A stretch of DNA of 57,361 nucleotides. Source: a virus (lineage: Duplodnaviria; Caudoviricetes). Position 1 is the stretch's first letter. Each line of letters starts with the position of its first letter. Under the pieces are notes generated by a model that saw only the letters and a list, made by a program, of their open reading frames with translations, was not told the origin of the DNA and did no database searches. Where the stretch lies: positions 1 to 57,361 of IMG/VR virus record IMGVR_UViG_3300025725_000003, one strand, 5' to 3'. The translations under genes and the position numbers were made by a program. This document shows positions 1 through 9,143 of the stretch, piece by piece.

Positions 1-118
1 CGCCGATAAATTCTTTTCGGATATATATGGTCTCGAATGGCAGGGCCTAGAGTTGGATGTAATTTATTTTGAAGGGGATTGGTTGGATGAGGACCCCGGG
101 GGCCAGGAGGTGCTGTGA
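1..118 (+). CDS. 3' end of the ASCH-domain gene (same gene as 56818-57189)
   Basis: Encodes ...ADKFFSDIYGLEWQGLELDVIYFEGDWLDEDPGGQEVL*, the same as the C-terminus of ORF 56818. Confidence 0.85.
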   Translation, partial: ADKFFSDIYGLEWQGLELDVIYFEGDWLDEDPGGQEVL

Positions 119-122
119 TGTA
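1..122 (+). repeat. Terminal direct repeat/circular overlap, copy 1 (empty insertion site)
   Basis: Identical to 57072-57193 except A61 vs G57132; continues GTAGTCACTG. Confidence 0.97.
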
Positions 123-199
123 GTCACTGATTATACAATCAATTTTGTTATTATTGGTTTGATTTTAATTATCATCTGTTTGATTTTTGGACGGGTGGT

Positions 200-448
200 A
201 TGATGTCTGCTTTCCCTGTGGACCCGGTGACGAATTCGGTCAATTACATGCGAATACATGCTTCTAAAATGGGCTATGAGCAATGCTTCGATGGCCATCT
301 GCTAGCAATATACGACATGGAAGAGAAAGGCAAGGACGGCGTCCTATACTGCCTATGCAGAGTCGACACGCCTTGCCCATGCCCTGAAAGCGTGGACGAA
401 ATCGAGAGAAATGGTCAATGCCATTGCGGTATTTTCAGGAGGAAATAA
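200..448 (+). CDS. Ferredoxin:thioredoxin reductase catalytic (beta) subunit-like protein
   Basis: YCLCR...CPCP...GQCHCGIF matches the FTR CPC/CPC/CHC Fe-S and disulfide motifs. Confidence 0.75.
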   Translation: MMSAFPVDPVTNSVNYMRIHASKMGYEQCFDGHLLAIYDMEEKGKDGVLYCLCRVDTPCPCPESVDEIERNGQCHCGIFRRK

Positions 449-617
449 CGTGGCAGTCGATAACCAATTTTCCACTGATATTAAAGTTTGCGATCCTCGG
501 GTAAGAGGAAGTGCCGTCTGCAACATTGACGGGAAATGTTCAGTATGCGCTTATGCTGAGAAGTTTGAACACCCTGAGAAACACATTTGAATTTTTTGGA
601 AACGTAGGAGCTAAAGT

Positions 618-1160
618 ATGTCCCAAATACAGATAATCGCATTTGAAGGCGCAGATAATGTCGGAAAGAGTACACTCGCTGAGATGTTATCTGACTATTT
701 AGATCGTAAATTGATTAAATTTCCAAACGAAAGTATCGATTCAGGAAAACAAATCCGGAGAATGCTGAATGGTAATGACCCATTCGATCCGGCATATTCA
801 CAGGTTCTCCAAAATGAAAACAAAATCGACACGTTGAAAACAATTCGACCAGGAACTTATATTTTCGATCGATTTAAACTTTCCGAAATCGTGTATGGCA
901 TTGCAAATGAACTCTCCCGTTATGATGTTATGGCATTGGCTGACGGTCTCCCGGATCCAGACATTACATTTCTTATTACAGGCAGATCGTACGGGTATGA
1001 TGCTGACATTTACGGGGACGATGAGTACCAGTCCACGATAACGAAACTGTATCTCACTGAGGCTAAGAATAGTTCTGGTAGGATTGATACAATCAATAAT
1101 GAAAAGTCTATAGACGACGTTTTCGGGGAAGTTACGTGGGCGTTAAGGGGGATAATATGA
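618..1160 (+). CDS. tmk: Thymidylate-kinase-family dNMP kinase
   Basis: P-loop IAFEGADNVGKST, FDRF...SEIVYG and PDITF motifs. Confidence 0.85.
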   Translation: MSQIQIIAFEGADNVGKSTLAEMLSDYLDRKLIKFPNESIDSGKQIRRMLNGNDPFDPAYSQVLQNENKIDTLKTIRPGTYIFDRFKLSEIVYGIANELSRYDVMALADGLPDPDITFLITGRSYGYDADIYGDDEYQSTITKLYLTEAKNSSGRIDTINNEKSIDDVFGEVTWALRGII

Positions 1161-1951
1161 GCCCCTACTTCATAAAAGCCAATTCTATCCATCAGGCCCG
1201 TTTTGAAGCCGTGAAACTCATCATGGAAAAGGGTAGGATTATGAAAGACCAACGTTGCGAACAAACAAAATATATCAAAAATTTAATAATTTCGATTGAT
1301 GCAGACAACTGCGAAGTTTCAGCCAGCCCGCTCGTCGCTAGATGCGGTGTAATGTTTGGTGAAAATCTTATAACCGGGAAAAACCCAAAGCCGGAAGTAG
1401 AAGCCGTTAACTCAACCGTCCAGGATCCGGAATATAGTTACGGCGCCGAGGCACACCGAAATAACATGGTAGAGAAAATAATAGAACAAATTAAAACAAA
1501 TCCAGAATCAAGGCGGTTAGTAATCCCCCTTTTAAAACCGGAACATGTCGGGGGAACTGAAATTCCATGCATGATAATAACGGTTTTCGATATTGAAGAT
1601 GATTTCCTTAACCTCACGATTATGGGTCGATCAAACGACGATGTGATAGCCATGCAGAGCGACCTGAAGGGGTTTGAAATATTCCTTCGATGGATGGCAT
1701 GGCGGACGGGGTATGATGCAGGGACGATCGTGCTACACGTTGTTAATGCCCATTGTCGGATCAACTCGGACATGGACACTATAATAGAAATATTAAAAGG
1801 TGGAGCAGCAAATCTTACTCCATCAAACGTGCCCATCTCTTTGATAAGGAAAGCGAAATACCACTACCAGGGGGCAACAAATCTCACTCCCACAAAAGTG
1901 CCCATCTACTGGGATGAAAATAAGAAGATATTGAACGAGGGGGCAGCATGA
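1157..1951 (+). CDS. Thymidylate synthase/dCMP hydroxymethylase-family protein (dCMP-type Asp)
   Basis: YSYG, SRRLV, catalytic IPC, RSNDxxxAxxSD and HxxxAH motifs; ATG at 1157 overlaps the kinase stop. Confidence 0.85.
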   Translation: MSPYFIKANSIHQARFEAVKLIMEKGRIMKDQRCEQTKYIKNLIISIDADNCEVSASPLVARCGVMFGENLITGKNPKPEVEAVNSTVQDPEYSYGAEAHRNNMVEKIIEQIKTNPESRRLVIPLLKPEHVGGTEIPCMIITVFDIEDDFLNLTIMGRSNDDVIAMQSDLKGFEIFLRWMAWRTGYDAGTIVLHVVNAHCRINSDMDTIIEILKGGAANLTPSNVPISLIRKAKYHYQGATNLTPTKVPIYWDENKKILNEGAA

Positions 1952-2085
1952 TCCCCCTGACAAAACGAAACTGTGGAAATTGTGGAGGACTCTCAGAATG
2001 TAGAAAGACAAGCGGGGAGTTAAATAAGTACTCGCAAAGTTGGTGTTCTCTTTGGCCTGAAAAAACGAAGGGGGCGCAACGATAA
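1948..2085 (+). CDS. Small Cys-rich protein (45 aa)
   Basis: MIPLTKRNCGNCGGLSECRK...WCSLW; ATGA and TAATG overlaps with both neighbours. Confidence 0.55.
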   Translation: MIPLTKRNCGNCGGLSECRKTSGELNKYSQSWCSLWPEKTKGAQR

Positions 2086-2873
2086 TGGGGAAAGTAAAAA
2101 CAATCGAACAGTACATACCGGAAATTAGTGTAATATATCCACAAAAAAATAAGCATGGGGAGAAGCGATGTAGTAAATGTGGGGTTTTAAAAACATTATC
2201 CGAATTCTACAAACACAAGAGAGGTAAAGACGGCCTTGCGTGGTCTTGTAAATCATGCAACAAAGAATATAAGGAAAAGAACAAAGAAAAAATAAGCCTA
2301 AGAACGAAAAAATATAACCAAGAGCATAAAAACGAGCGGCGAGATTCCGCATATAAATATTATTTAAAAAATGTAGATAAAATAAAAGAATATAGTGAAA
2401 AGAACAAAGAAAAAATAAACCTAAGAACGAAAAAATATAACCAAGAGCATAAAAACGAGCGGCGAGACTCCGACCATAAATATTATTTAGAAAATATAGA
2501 TAAAATAAAAGAATATAATGCGGAAAGAAGACCACGAAATCGAGAACATGATAAGAAATATTTTAGAGAATATTTGATAATAAATCGAGAAAAACGATAT
2601 GAAAATGTAAGAAGATATAATAAAACAACTAATGGAAGAAATACCCGAAATAGACTTAGACAACTGCGAAGAACGTTTGGATACACCCCGATAAATAAAC
2701 AATTTTGTGGATCAGAATTTCATCATTTCCATATAAATAATTCATCTGATCTGGGTATATTCATTCCACGTGAAATACACCATTCTGTTTATCACAGTAG
2801 TTTAGATGGCACAGGTTTAAAAGAAATTAATAAAATTGCTTTACTTTGGTTATGCGAGCAGGCGGTGATTTAA
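2085..2873 (+). CDS. Putative HNH-like homing endonuclease with N-terminal Zn finger and Lys/Glu-rich coil
   Basis: CSKC...EFYK...CKSC Zn motif; C-terminal EFHH...IPREIHHSVYH. Confidence 0.6.
   Translation: MGKVKTIEQYIPEISVIYPQKNKHGEKRCSKCGVLKTLSEFYKHKRGKDGLAWSCKSCNKEYKEKNKEKISLRTKKYNQEHKNERRDSAYKYYLKNVDKIKEYSEKNKEKINLRTKKYNQEHKNERRDSDHKYYLENIDKIKEYNAERRPRNREHDKKYFREYLIINREKRYENVRRYNKTTNGRNTRNRLRQLRRTFGYTPINKQFCGSEFHHFHINNSSDLGIFIPREIHHSVYHSSLDGTGLKEINKIALLWLCEQAVI
2274..2519 (+). repeat. 123-bp (41-aa) in-frame tandem duplication inside the HNH-like gene
   Basis: EKNKEKI(S/N)LRTKKYNQEHKNERRDS..KYYL.N.DKIKEY occurs twice, starting at 2274 and 2397. Confidence 0.95.
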
Positions 2874-3583
2874 TGCCTGTAAAAAAAACAATCTCCCAAT
2901 ATGTAAATGAAATTAATGATCTATATAACCAGACACTTGAGTATCCAGATTCTGAAACATTTCAGAAAAAATTAAAAAACCGCGTTGGTTCATGGGCAGA
3001 TCTTTTAGAAATTACTGTGTTTGTTGCTTCCAATGAACAACGACCTTACACATCAGAGGAGTTAGGTTATTCCACAAGATCAATGTTATTAAAACAGCAC
3101 ACGAAAATTAAGCAGGTTGGGGACTTACATGCTTACTATTCGGGCGGTGGTGTTGCGGGATGGGTTGGCGTTTTAGTAGAGCGAAAGGGCGGCAAGAAGG
3201 GGATGGAAGATCTATACGGGACCCTGATGAACGCAGATAACTGTGCTCGGTTTTACAGGGAGATAGAAACATTTCAGGCAGATGAACGGTTCTCGCTGAT
3301 GGTCGTAATAGCCGAATGTACACTCACTGACTTTCTACTCTACGTTCCTGCATTCAATGGAAACAAACGCAACTATGACCACATTGGGGCCTCTGTGGAG
3401 TCCAGACGGGCAAAGATCAACTCACTCTATATTAGAGGAGTCCCGGTTTTGTTCGCGGGAGCACGAATAATGGCAATTGAGATGTATAGAGGGCTTATTC
3501 GTCAGTGGATCTTAAAAAATTACGTTTCTATCCTTAAACTGGGTATGCAAATAGAGGATAGCGAAAGATGTTGCCAAACATGA
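2873..3583 (+). CDS. ERCC4 (XPF/Mus81)-domain nuclease, probable resolvase
   Basis: SNEQ..P, VGD, VERK..EDL, RFYREI motifs; ATG at 2873 after a GGTGA SD. Confidence 0.75.
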   Translation: MPVKKTISQYVNEINDLYNQTLEYPDSETFQKKLKNRVGSWADLLEITVFVASNEQRPYTSEELGYSTRSMLLKQHTKIKQVGDLHAYYSGGGVAGWVGVLVERKGGKKGMEDLYGTLMNADNCARFYREIETFQADERFSLMVVIAECTLTDFLLYVPAFNGNKRNYDHIGASVESRRAKINSLYIRGVPVLFAGARIMAIEMYRGLIRQWILKNYVSILKLGMQIEDSERCCQT

Positions 3584-3735
3584 GGAGGGGAAAAAGGAGA
3601 GGATAATATGGATTACATTCAACTTCTTTTTTACATGAACGTCATGAATTGGATATCCGTTTTCCTTTTCATCGGTTGGTTTGTAATTTGGTTGTTGCTC
3701 GAGGATTGGGATAGAAAACAAGAAGGGGTAAGAAA

Positions 3736-4080
3736 ATGAAAGGTATTAACCACGAACGCCTATCGTTTTTAATTCTTTTATTTTTTTTAATTATGCTCTT
3801 TCATTTTAATATCCGTTTTGATATATTTCAGTTGATGTCATTTTGGATACTGCAGACACTGTATATTAACTGTGATCTGGATGCCAGGCACTCACGATCT
3901 AAAACCCGGATTGGGTATTTCAAATATATGTTTTATTTTACGAAACACCGAGGGATAATGCATAATCCGGCTTTATGGATGCTTATATTCATTGGATTTT
4001 GGCACATTGGGTATATGTGGTGTGGTACTGGTTTATTATTTTCAGCTATGATACATATTTTGAGCGATTCGGTTTCTTAA
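3736..4080 (+). CDS. Membrane-bound metal-dependent hydrolase (YdjM/DUF2227-like)
   Basis: N-terminal H, DLD, HRGIMH and HILSD motifs in a hydrophobic protein. Confidence 0.7.
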   Translation: MKGINHERLSFLILLFFLIMLFHFNIRFDIFQLMSFWILQTLYINCDLDARHSRSKTRIGYFKYMFYFTKHRGIMHNPALWMLIFIGFWHIGYMWCGTGLLFSAMIHILSDSVS

Positions 4081-4105
4081 GTATTAAGTTAGGAGGTTAA
4101 AAATA

Positions 4106-4255
4106 ATGAAATGTACGAACTGTAACAATGAAATGGATTTGGTAATGGATTTTGTGGTAGAAGGCGATTGGGACTACGAGGAGAGTATACAAACTTACAG
4201 ACCGCAGAAATTATATCAGTGCCCAAAATGTAAAACTGTAGCAAATAGTTGGTAA
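4106..4255 (+). CDS. Small Zn-ribbon protein (49 aa)
   Basis: MKCTNC...YQCPKC; strong AGGAGGT SD. Confidence 0.65.
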   Translation: MKCTNCNNEMDLVMDFVVEGDWDYEESIQTYRPQKLYQCPKCKTVANSW

Positions 4256-4291
4256 GTACCAACTATTTTAAAGAGTCGTGGTAGAGGAGAA

Positions 4292-4480
4292 ATGATAATG
4301 CCTTTCAATTATGAACAGTGGTTAACGAATCTGTTTAGAGATCTAAAGAACCGTGGAATACGAGCAATTCTCGAAAGCGATGGTTCGATAACCTGTGAAA
4401 AGGACGGGCACACATCAGTAACTACGAAAGTCGCAGTATACTCGAAGTATCGGGAATATCTAGTAAAATATCCAGATTGA
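4292..4480 (+). CDS. Hypothetical protein
   Basis: ORF with GAGGAG SD, followed by a T-tract. Confidence 0.55.
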   Translation: MIMPFNYEQWLTNLFRDLKNRGIRAILESDGSITCEKDGHTSVTTKVAVYSKYREYLVKYPD

Positions 4481-4489
4481 GAAAAGACA

Positions 4490-4507
4490 TTTTTTTTTCG
4501 TTTTTTT
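4490..4507 (+). terminator. Archaeal oligo-T terminator
   Basis: T-tracts directly after the last gene of the 200-4480 cluster. Confidence 0.55.
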
Positions 4508-4577
4508 GATGAGTAGGAAGTTATATATAGTATTCAGTACAATTACGTAGTAATATCATACTAATAGGAGTAGAACT

Positions 4578-4736
4578 ATGCCAGCTAAAGGATGGAAATG
4601 CCTCAATGTGAAAGACGAAGATTTTGAATTGATAGTGAAAATAGCTAAAAAGCGTGGAATGAATAATTATTCTGCGGTAATATTAGCATTTCAAAATACA
4701 TTTCCTAAAGATTTCCCACATAAAATAGAAGTGTAA
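4578..4736 (+). CDS. Ribbon-helix-helix-like regulator (52 aa)
   Basis: MPAKGWKCLNVKDEDFELIVKIAKKRGM...; paralogous to ORF 8916 (PPKGYKEIHLREDDFKVI); TATA (TTATATATA) upstream. Confidence 0.65.
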   Translation: MPAKGWKCLNVKDEDFELIVKIAKKRGMNNYSAVILAFQNTFPKDFPHKIEV

Positions 4737-4775
4737 TAATAAAACTACAGATATAATAAACTAGGAGCTTTACCC

Positions 4776-5492
4776 ATGATAGACAGCGTCATCAAAAAAC
4801 AAACTACTTACGACCAATCCCCAAAATATAAAATCGCAGAGAACGTAAGCACTGAGAAATACAACGAAGAACACACAAAATATTCACTGAGTGTTTGGCT
4901 AGAAGACCACGGGTGTAACGTTTTTTGGGAGAAGAAGAACGATTATAATAGACCTGTTTTTAATACCAAAAACTTTAACGGTGGCACATGCGAAAAACCA
5001 GATTTGTTAGTGGAACGAGTACGTGTCGGCGGATCACCTGTTTATTATGTGATTGAGGTGAAAAACGGGAGATCCAACAGCAATATTTATGATTCGTTTC
5101 CGCAACTACTGAGATACGCAGAGGGAAAACTACTATACCACATTGGAGAAACGCCAATAAATGTAAGTGGGTACTTTGTAGCGACCCAATTTAGTGAAAA
5201 GGGTCGTCTGTTTTCAAATGACGTACCGGGAGATATCCGCACATTTAGTAAAGGTAGAGTAGGAGCCATCGAAAGAGGGGAAATCCCCACCAATGAGTAC
5301 ATTCTGACAGAGCAATACATCCGATTATTATGGAGAATGGCGAGGCAAGCGTGCAGTGAAACCCGGATTGGGGCACTATTGAGCAATATTCTTAATAGGG
5401 AACGTATACCGTCTCCAATGCTCCAGTTTTCGGATATCCATGGGAACGCAGGATCCCAGGGACTCGAGATCTTGTACAAAACGGGGCAGTGA
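4776..5492 (+). CDS. PD-(D/E)XK restriction-endonuclease-fold nuclease
   Basis: E...KPDLLV...VIEVK...QLLRY pattern. Confidence 0.7.
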   Translation: MIDSVIKKQTTYDQSPKYKIAENVSTEKYNEEHTKYSLSVWLEDHGCNVFWEKKNDYNRPVFNTKNFNGGTCEKPDLLVERVRVGGSPVYYVIEVKNGRSNSNIYDSFPQLLRYAEGKLLYHIGETPINVSGYFVATQFSEKGRLFSNDVPGDIRTFSKGRVGAIERGEIPTNEYILTEQYIRLLWRMARQACSETRIGALLSNILNRERIPSPMLQFSDIHGNAGSQGLEILYKTGQ

Positions 5493-6631
5493 GTGAGATG
5501 TCGGTTTATACATTCCAGTCTGAGTTCAAGCGGTTCCATGAACTGCTAACTAAAAATGCACCGACTGATTATCAACCATTTTATTTCCCGCTTATGATAG
5601 GCGGAAAAGACCCACTGCCAAGAATAAGCTGGAAAAACAATAGAAAGACGTTCACCGAAGCTTATGACCTTATGGGAAAAGGATATAATATCGCAATTGC
5701 CGCCACTGAAATGGACTGTCTTGCGATTGTCGATGTCGACGATGTGTCGCTGGTCGGGGATATCAAACCTACTCTCAAAATAAGATCACGAAAGAGAATA
5801 GGAGAACATAATTTCTATTTTACCACGGATAAACCGGCCTCGTCCAGAAGTAGAAGTGCAAAATGCATCATCCCTACCGATGATGCGGGGGAAGTGCGTT
5901 CACGGTGGGGGTATGTAGTTGCGGCTGGATCATATGTGGAATGTTCAGACGACGATATTTCTAAAATTCCCGAAAAAGACCGAGAAAACGCGGGTAAATA
6001 TTCGATCCTGGAAGAAAGGGACGTTGCTGAAATCACATTCGACGAGTTGCCAGATGTTTATAAGCAGGCAGTGCATAAAAAGGAATCGGATGCAGCGGCA
6101 CGGGAAGTATGGACACAGGAAAGGAATGCTAGGAAAGGAAATGAGAAAAGAGAAAGCAATTCAAAAAGTGCACTGTGGACCCTAACAATTCACGATGTCA
6201 CAGGAAAACGGGATAACCCCAATTATAGATTTAGTTCACCATTCCATGGCTCGAGCACGTTCAAAGACACATCCGTGTCTGGTGGAGTCATGCACTGCTG
6301 GAGGCATAACGCCTGTCACTCAGCTTTAACATACCTGGCGGTCGAAGCAGGGGTATCCACGTGCAACGGGGCAGGGTATCCGCACGGCGGAGGTTGCTCG
6401 GATGTAAATTTTGATGATCCGTATACGATTTACACAGTGTGGAAGTACGCGAAAGACGCAGGATATCTGCCTAAAAACGACCCTATACCACAGCAGGGGG
6501 TTGTTTATTACGCACTAAGCAAGAAAATATGCACGGTTAAACAATTGATAGATGGATGGAAATTACCGGGCTACGTTTATCACATTGCGGTTTTGATTGC
6601 GACGAAGGAAGGGATCAACTTTGGTCGTTGA
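5489..6631 (+). CDS. Primase-polymerase (AEP Prim-Pol) with C-terminal Zn-binding domain
   Basis: K.P, GYNIAI, IVDVD, GEHNFY, GEVR..WGYVV..GS motifs; PFHGS...CWRH..CH. Confidence 0.8.
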   Translation: MSEMSVYTFQSEFKRFHELLTKNAPTDYQPFYFPLMIGGKDPLPRISWKNNRKTFTEAYDLMGKGYNIAIAATEMDCLAIVDVDDVSLVGDIKPTLKIRSRKRIGEHNFYFTTDKPASSRSRSAKCIIPTDDAGEVRSRWGYVVAAGSYVECSDDDISKIPEKDRENAGKYSILEERDVAEITFDELPDVYKQAVHKKESDAAAREVWTQERNARKGNEKRESNSKSALWTLTIHDVTGKRDNPNYRFSSPFHGSSTFKDTSVSGGVMHCWRHNACHSALTYLAVEAGVSTCNGAGYPHGGGCSDVNFDDPYTIYTVWKYAKDAGYLPKNDPIPQQGVVYYALSKKICTVKQLIDGWKLPGYVYHIAVLIATKEGINFGR

Positions 6632-8363
6632 TGTCTCCATTCCGCATAATGATTTTTTGACATCTGATGATATCAAGGATTACATTAAAAACAATCTACT
6701 TGAACTTAGAGAGGATGCGGCGGAAGACGAAATTATAAAATTAACTGAAAAGAACAATATAAAAGGGGACACTCGAAAAGTAATTCAAAAATATTACAAA
6801 GCCGAAAAGAAAGCACACGACGCATTAATCAAAAAATTAGAAGAGAAAAACGAAGAAACGACCGATTTAAGAAGCGTTTATTCCAGTATAATAACAGCTA
6901 CCGACCGGACAACGCAGATAAAACAGATACAGGAGCATATCGTTTCGGACTGGCTCAGTATGAGAGAAGACGAAACCCTGATTTTCATAAAAGAGATATG
7001 CGAGGCGTTTGGACTCGATCACGAAATCAAATCAATTTTAAAGAAGTATTACACGGTTGAGAAAACGTCATTTGATGAATCAAAACCGAAGCAATCGAAA
7101 ACAAACGATGTAGATACCCTTGACATTGATTTAGACGAGCAGGACATAAGTCAGTCATTGTTAGATAAAGCTGACCGAATGGCTGATCGGATATTGAGGC
7201 GTGGCGATCCGATAAAATACATTTTGCAGACAGTGGCAAAAAAACACATAGGCGATGAAAAAACGGAAGAGGCGATGTGTGTATCAATTGCGGGGCAATG
7301 TTGTATTAATACAGCGGGTATCCAAATAGTAGTAAATGGGGAAAGTGGAAGTGGAAAAAGTGACGGCACTAAAAAGCATCTGCATTTAGTACCAAAACGA
7401 TGGAAACGAACTACCAGTCTGTCTGCAAAAGCACTATACTACATGGAACTTAAACCAGGAATAGTTATTTTTTCAGATGATACCAACATGGATCAAGAGT
7501 TAGGAGAAGTCTTTAAACAGTCAACTACTAACTACCAGGAATATACCATTCGTACATCGGTAAAGGATCAGGAAAAACACACGATTTCCATACCACCAAG
7601 AATAAACCTGTTTCTTACATGCGTCCATTCAAATGTTTCAGACCAGATCCTAAATAGACAGTTAGTATTTGAAACCGATAGTGGACCAGAACAAAAAAAT
7701 AAAATATTTGATCTACAACGGAAACTCGAAAAAGAAGGAATCAATCCGTTAGAGGTTACATTGCGTGTACTTATTTGCAGACGAATGTATTCAAAATTAA
7801 AAGAAAATTTATTCACTGTCGCGATACCCTATCTTGATCGAATAGACATTTTAGATAAAAGTAACAGTCGTGTATTACCGCTGATATGTGATATGATAAA
7901 GGGGTATACCATTTTCAAATGGAAACAGCGAAAATTCGATGAAAACGGAAAGTTGCTGGCAGATGAAGATGATTTCGAGCGAGCAAAGGCGCTGTTCAAT
8001 TCACGAGCCGAAAATACAATGACTAAATTAACAAATACTGAAAACGAAATAGTGAAGTTTATATTACTCAACCAGGTGAAAAATCGTGGCATCGGATGTT
8101 CGGTAAGTGAGATTTCAATCGGTATCGGAGTGGCGTATCATACAGTAAACCGTCTAATCGTGGGTAGAAAAGATAGAGACGATGGTGGACTACTTGCTAA
8201 AATGAAGGGGATGCGAAAAGAAGACATGACAATAACCGAATACACAAGGGACGGAGGTGAACTCACGGAAAGTAAAGGCAGGAAGGCTGAAAGATATAGA
8301 GTAGAGGACTGCGATATATGGGACATGTTCAAGCAGGATTTCATAACGATGCAACCTAACTAA
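6597..8363 (+). CDS. Replicative P-loop ATPase/helicase with C-terminal winged helix
   Basis: Walker A NGESGSGKS, Walker B IFSDD, QILNR arginine finger; directly follows the primase; start probably near 6621. Confidence 0.7.
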   Translation: MRRRKGSTLVVDVSIPHNDFLTSDDIKDYIKNNLLELREDAAEDEIIKLTEKNNIKGDTRKVIQKYYKAEKKAHDALIKKLEEKNEETTDLRSVYSSIITATDRTTQIKQIQEHIVSDWLSMREDETLIFIKEICEAFGLDHEIKSILKKYYTVEKTSFDESKPKQSKTNDVDTLDIDLDEQDISQSLLDKADRMADRILRRGDPIKYILQTVAKKHIGDEKTEEAMCVSIAGQCCINTAGIQIVVNGESGSGKSDGTKKHLHLVPKRWKRTTSLSAKALYYMELKPGIVIFSDDTNMDQELGEVFKQSTTNYQEYTIRTSVKDQEKHTISIPPRINLFLTCVHSNVSDQILNRQLVFETDSGPEQKNKIFDLQRKLEKEGINPLEVTLRVLICRRMYSKLKENLFTVAIPYLDRIDILDKSNSRVLPLICDMIKGYTIFKWKQRKFDENGKLLADEDDFERAKALFNSRAENTMTKLTNTENEIVKFILLNQVKNRGIGCSVSEISIGIGVAYHTVNRLIVGRKDRDDGGLLAKMKGMRKEDMTITEYTRDGGELTESKGRKAERYRVEDCDIWDMFKQDFITMQPN

Positions 8364-8370
8364 GCCGACT

Positions 8371-8860
8371 TGTTTACCCAGGCCGCTAGACACCGATTTG
8401 TATATTTCCAAGACGGAAACGCCCAATTAACGGCATCGGGCAAGCTCGATGTCAACCGCTATTTTTTAACCAATTGTTTGTCATTCTTTACCCAACGAAA
8501 CGGTATCGGTAGAATTCTTTACCCAAATGACCCACTTTTTGGAGACCCATATATTAATTATTATTTTTTATTTTTCTTTTTTTTAAACTATTTTGGTGAC
8601 CAATATATTTATCATTGTATTTTATTCTTTTTACTTGCTAAAATTCCTACATAACTATCATGTTTTATTTTCTCTCAATGTTGTGTAATAAAAAAAACAT
8701 TAATCTTTTTTTAAAAAAATCCTAATCATTTTTCTTATTTGGGTAAACAATTGGTCGTTTGTTTCCTCATTAATGTCTACTCTATCTTATTATAATATAT
8801 AATATATGGTTAAAGAATGGTTAAAGATTGGGAAAACATGGGATAAAGATGGGTAATAAA
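8371..8860. other. Candidate replication origin: convergent iterons around an AT-rich core
   Basis: TTTACCCA(A)-like copies at 8373, 8487 and 8518; inverted TGGGTAAA/TGGTTAAAG-like copies at 8740, 8807, 8818, 8829, 8839 and 8850; located just after the helicase. Confidence 0.6.
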
Positions 8861-8915
8861 TAACAGTGGACACTGTTGGATTAAGAGCGTGATATAACTA
8901 CCCATTTTATATACC

Positions 8916-9143
8916 ATGACTACCCTATTACAGGGTAGTAGAAATGTAAACGGGGGGGTTAGTATACCACCGAAAGGATATAAGGAAATTCACTTACGAG
9001 AAGATGATTTTAAGGTTATAACCGACTTCGCTAATGATAATGATCTAAAGTATGGTGCTGCTGTAAAACGCGCATTTAAAAAGGCTTATGGTTTGAAGTT
9101 TTCCGATGATAAACCGATTATTTTCAGGAAAAAAGGTGTTTAA
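8916..9143 (+). CDS. Ribbon-helix-helix-like regulator
   Basis: Paralogue of 4578-4736; true start probably near 8964. Confidence 0.6.
   Translation: MTTLLQGSRNVNGGVSIPPKGYKEIHLREDDFKVITDFANDNDLKYGAAVKRAFKKAYGLKFSDDKPIIFRKKGV

Noticed and set aside
1-122. Physical direct terminal repeat of the virion DNA
   Set aside because: It starts mid-gene and ends exactly at an IS insertion polymorphism; better explained as a circular assembly overlap broken at a bubble
8370-8654. 94-aa ORF
   Set aside because: Low-complexity Phe/Tyr translation of the T-rich origin-like region; TTG start with no SD
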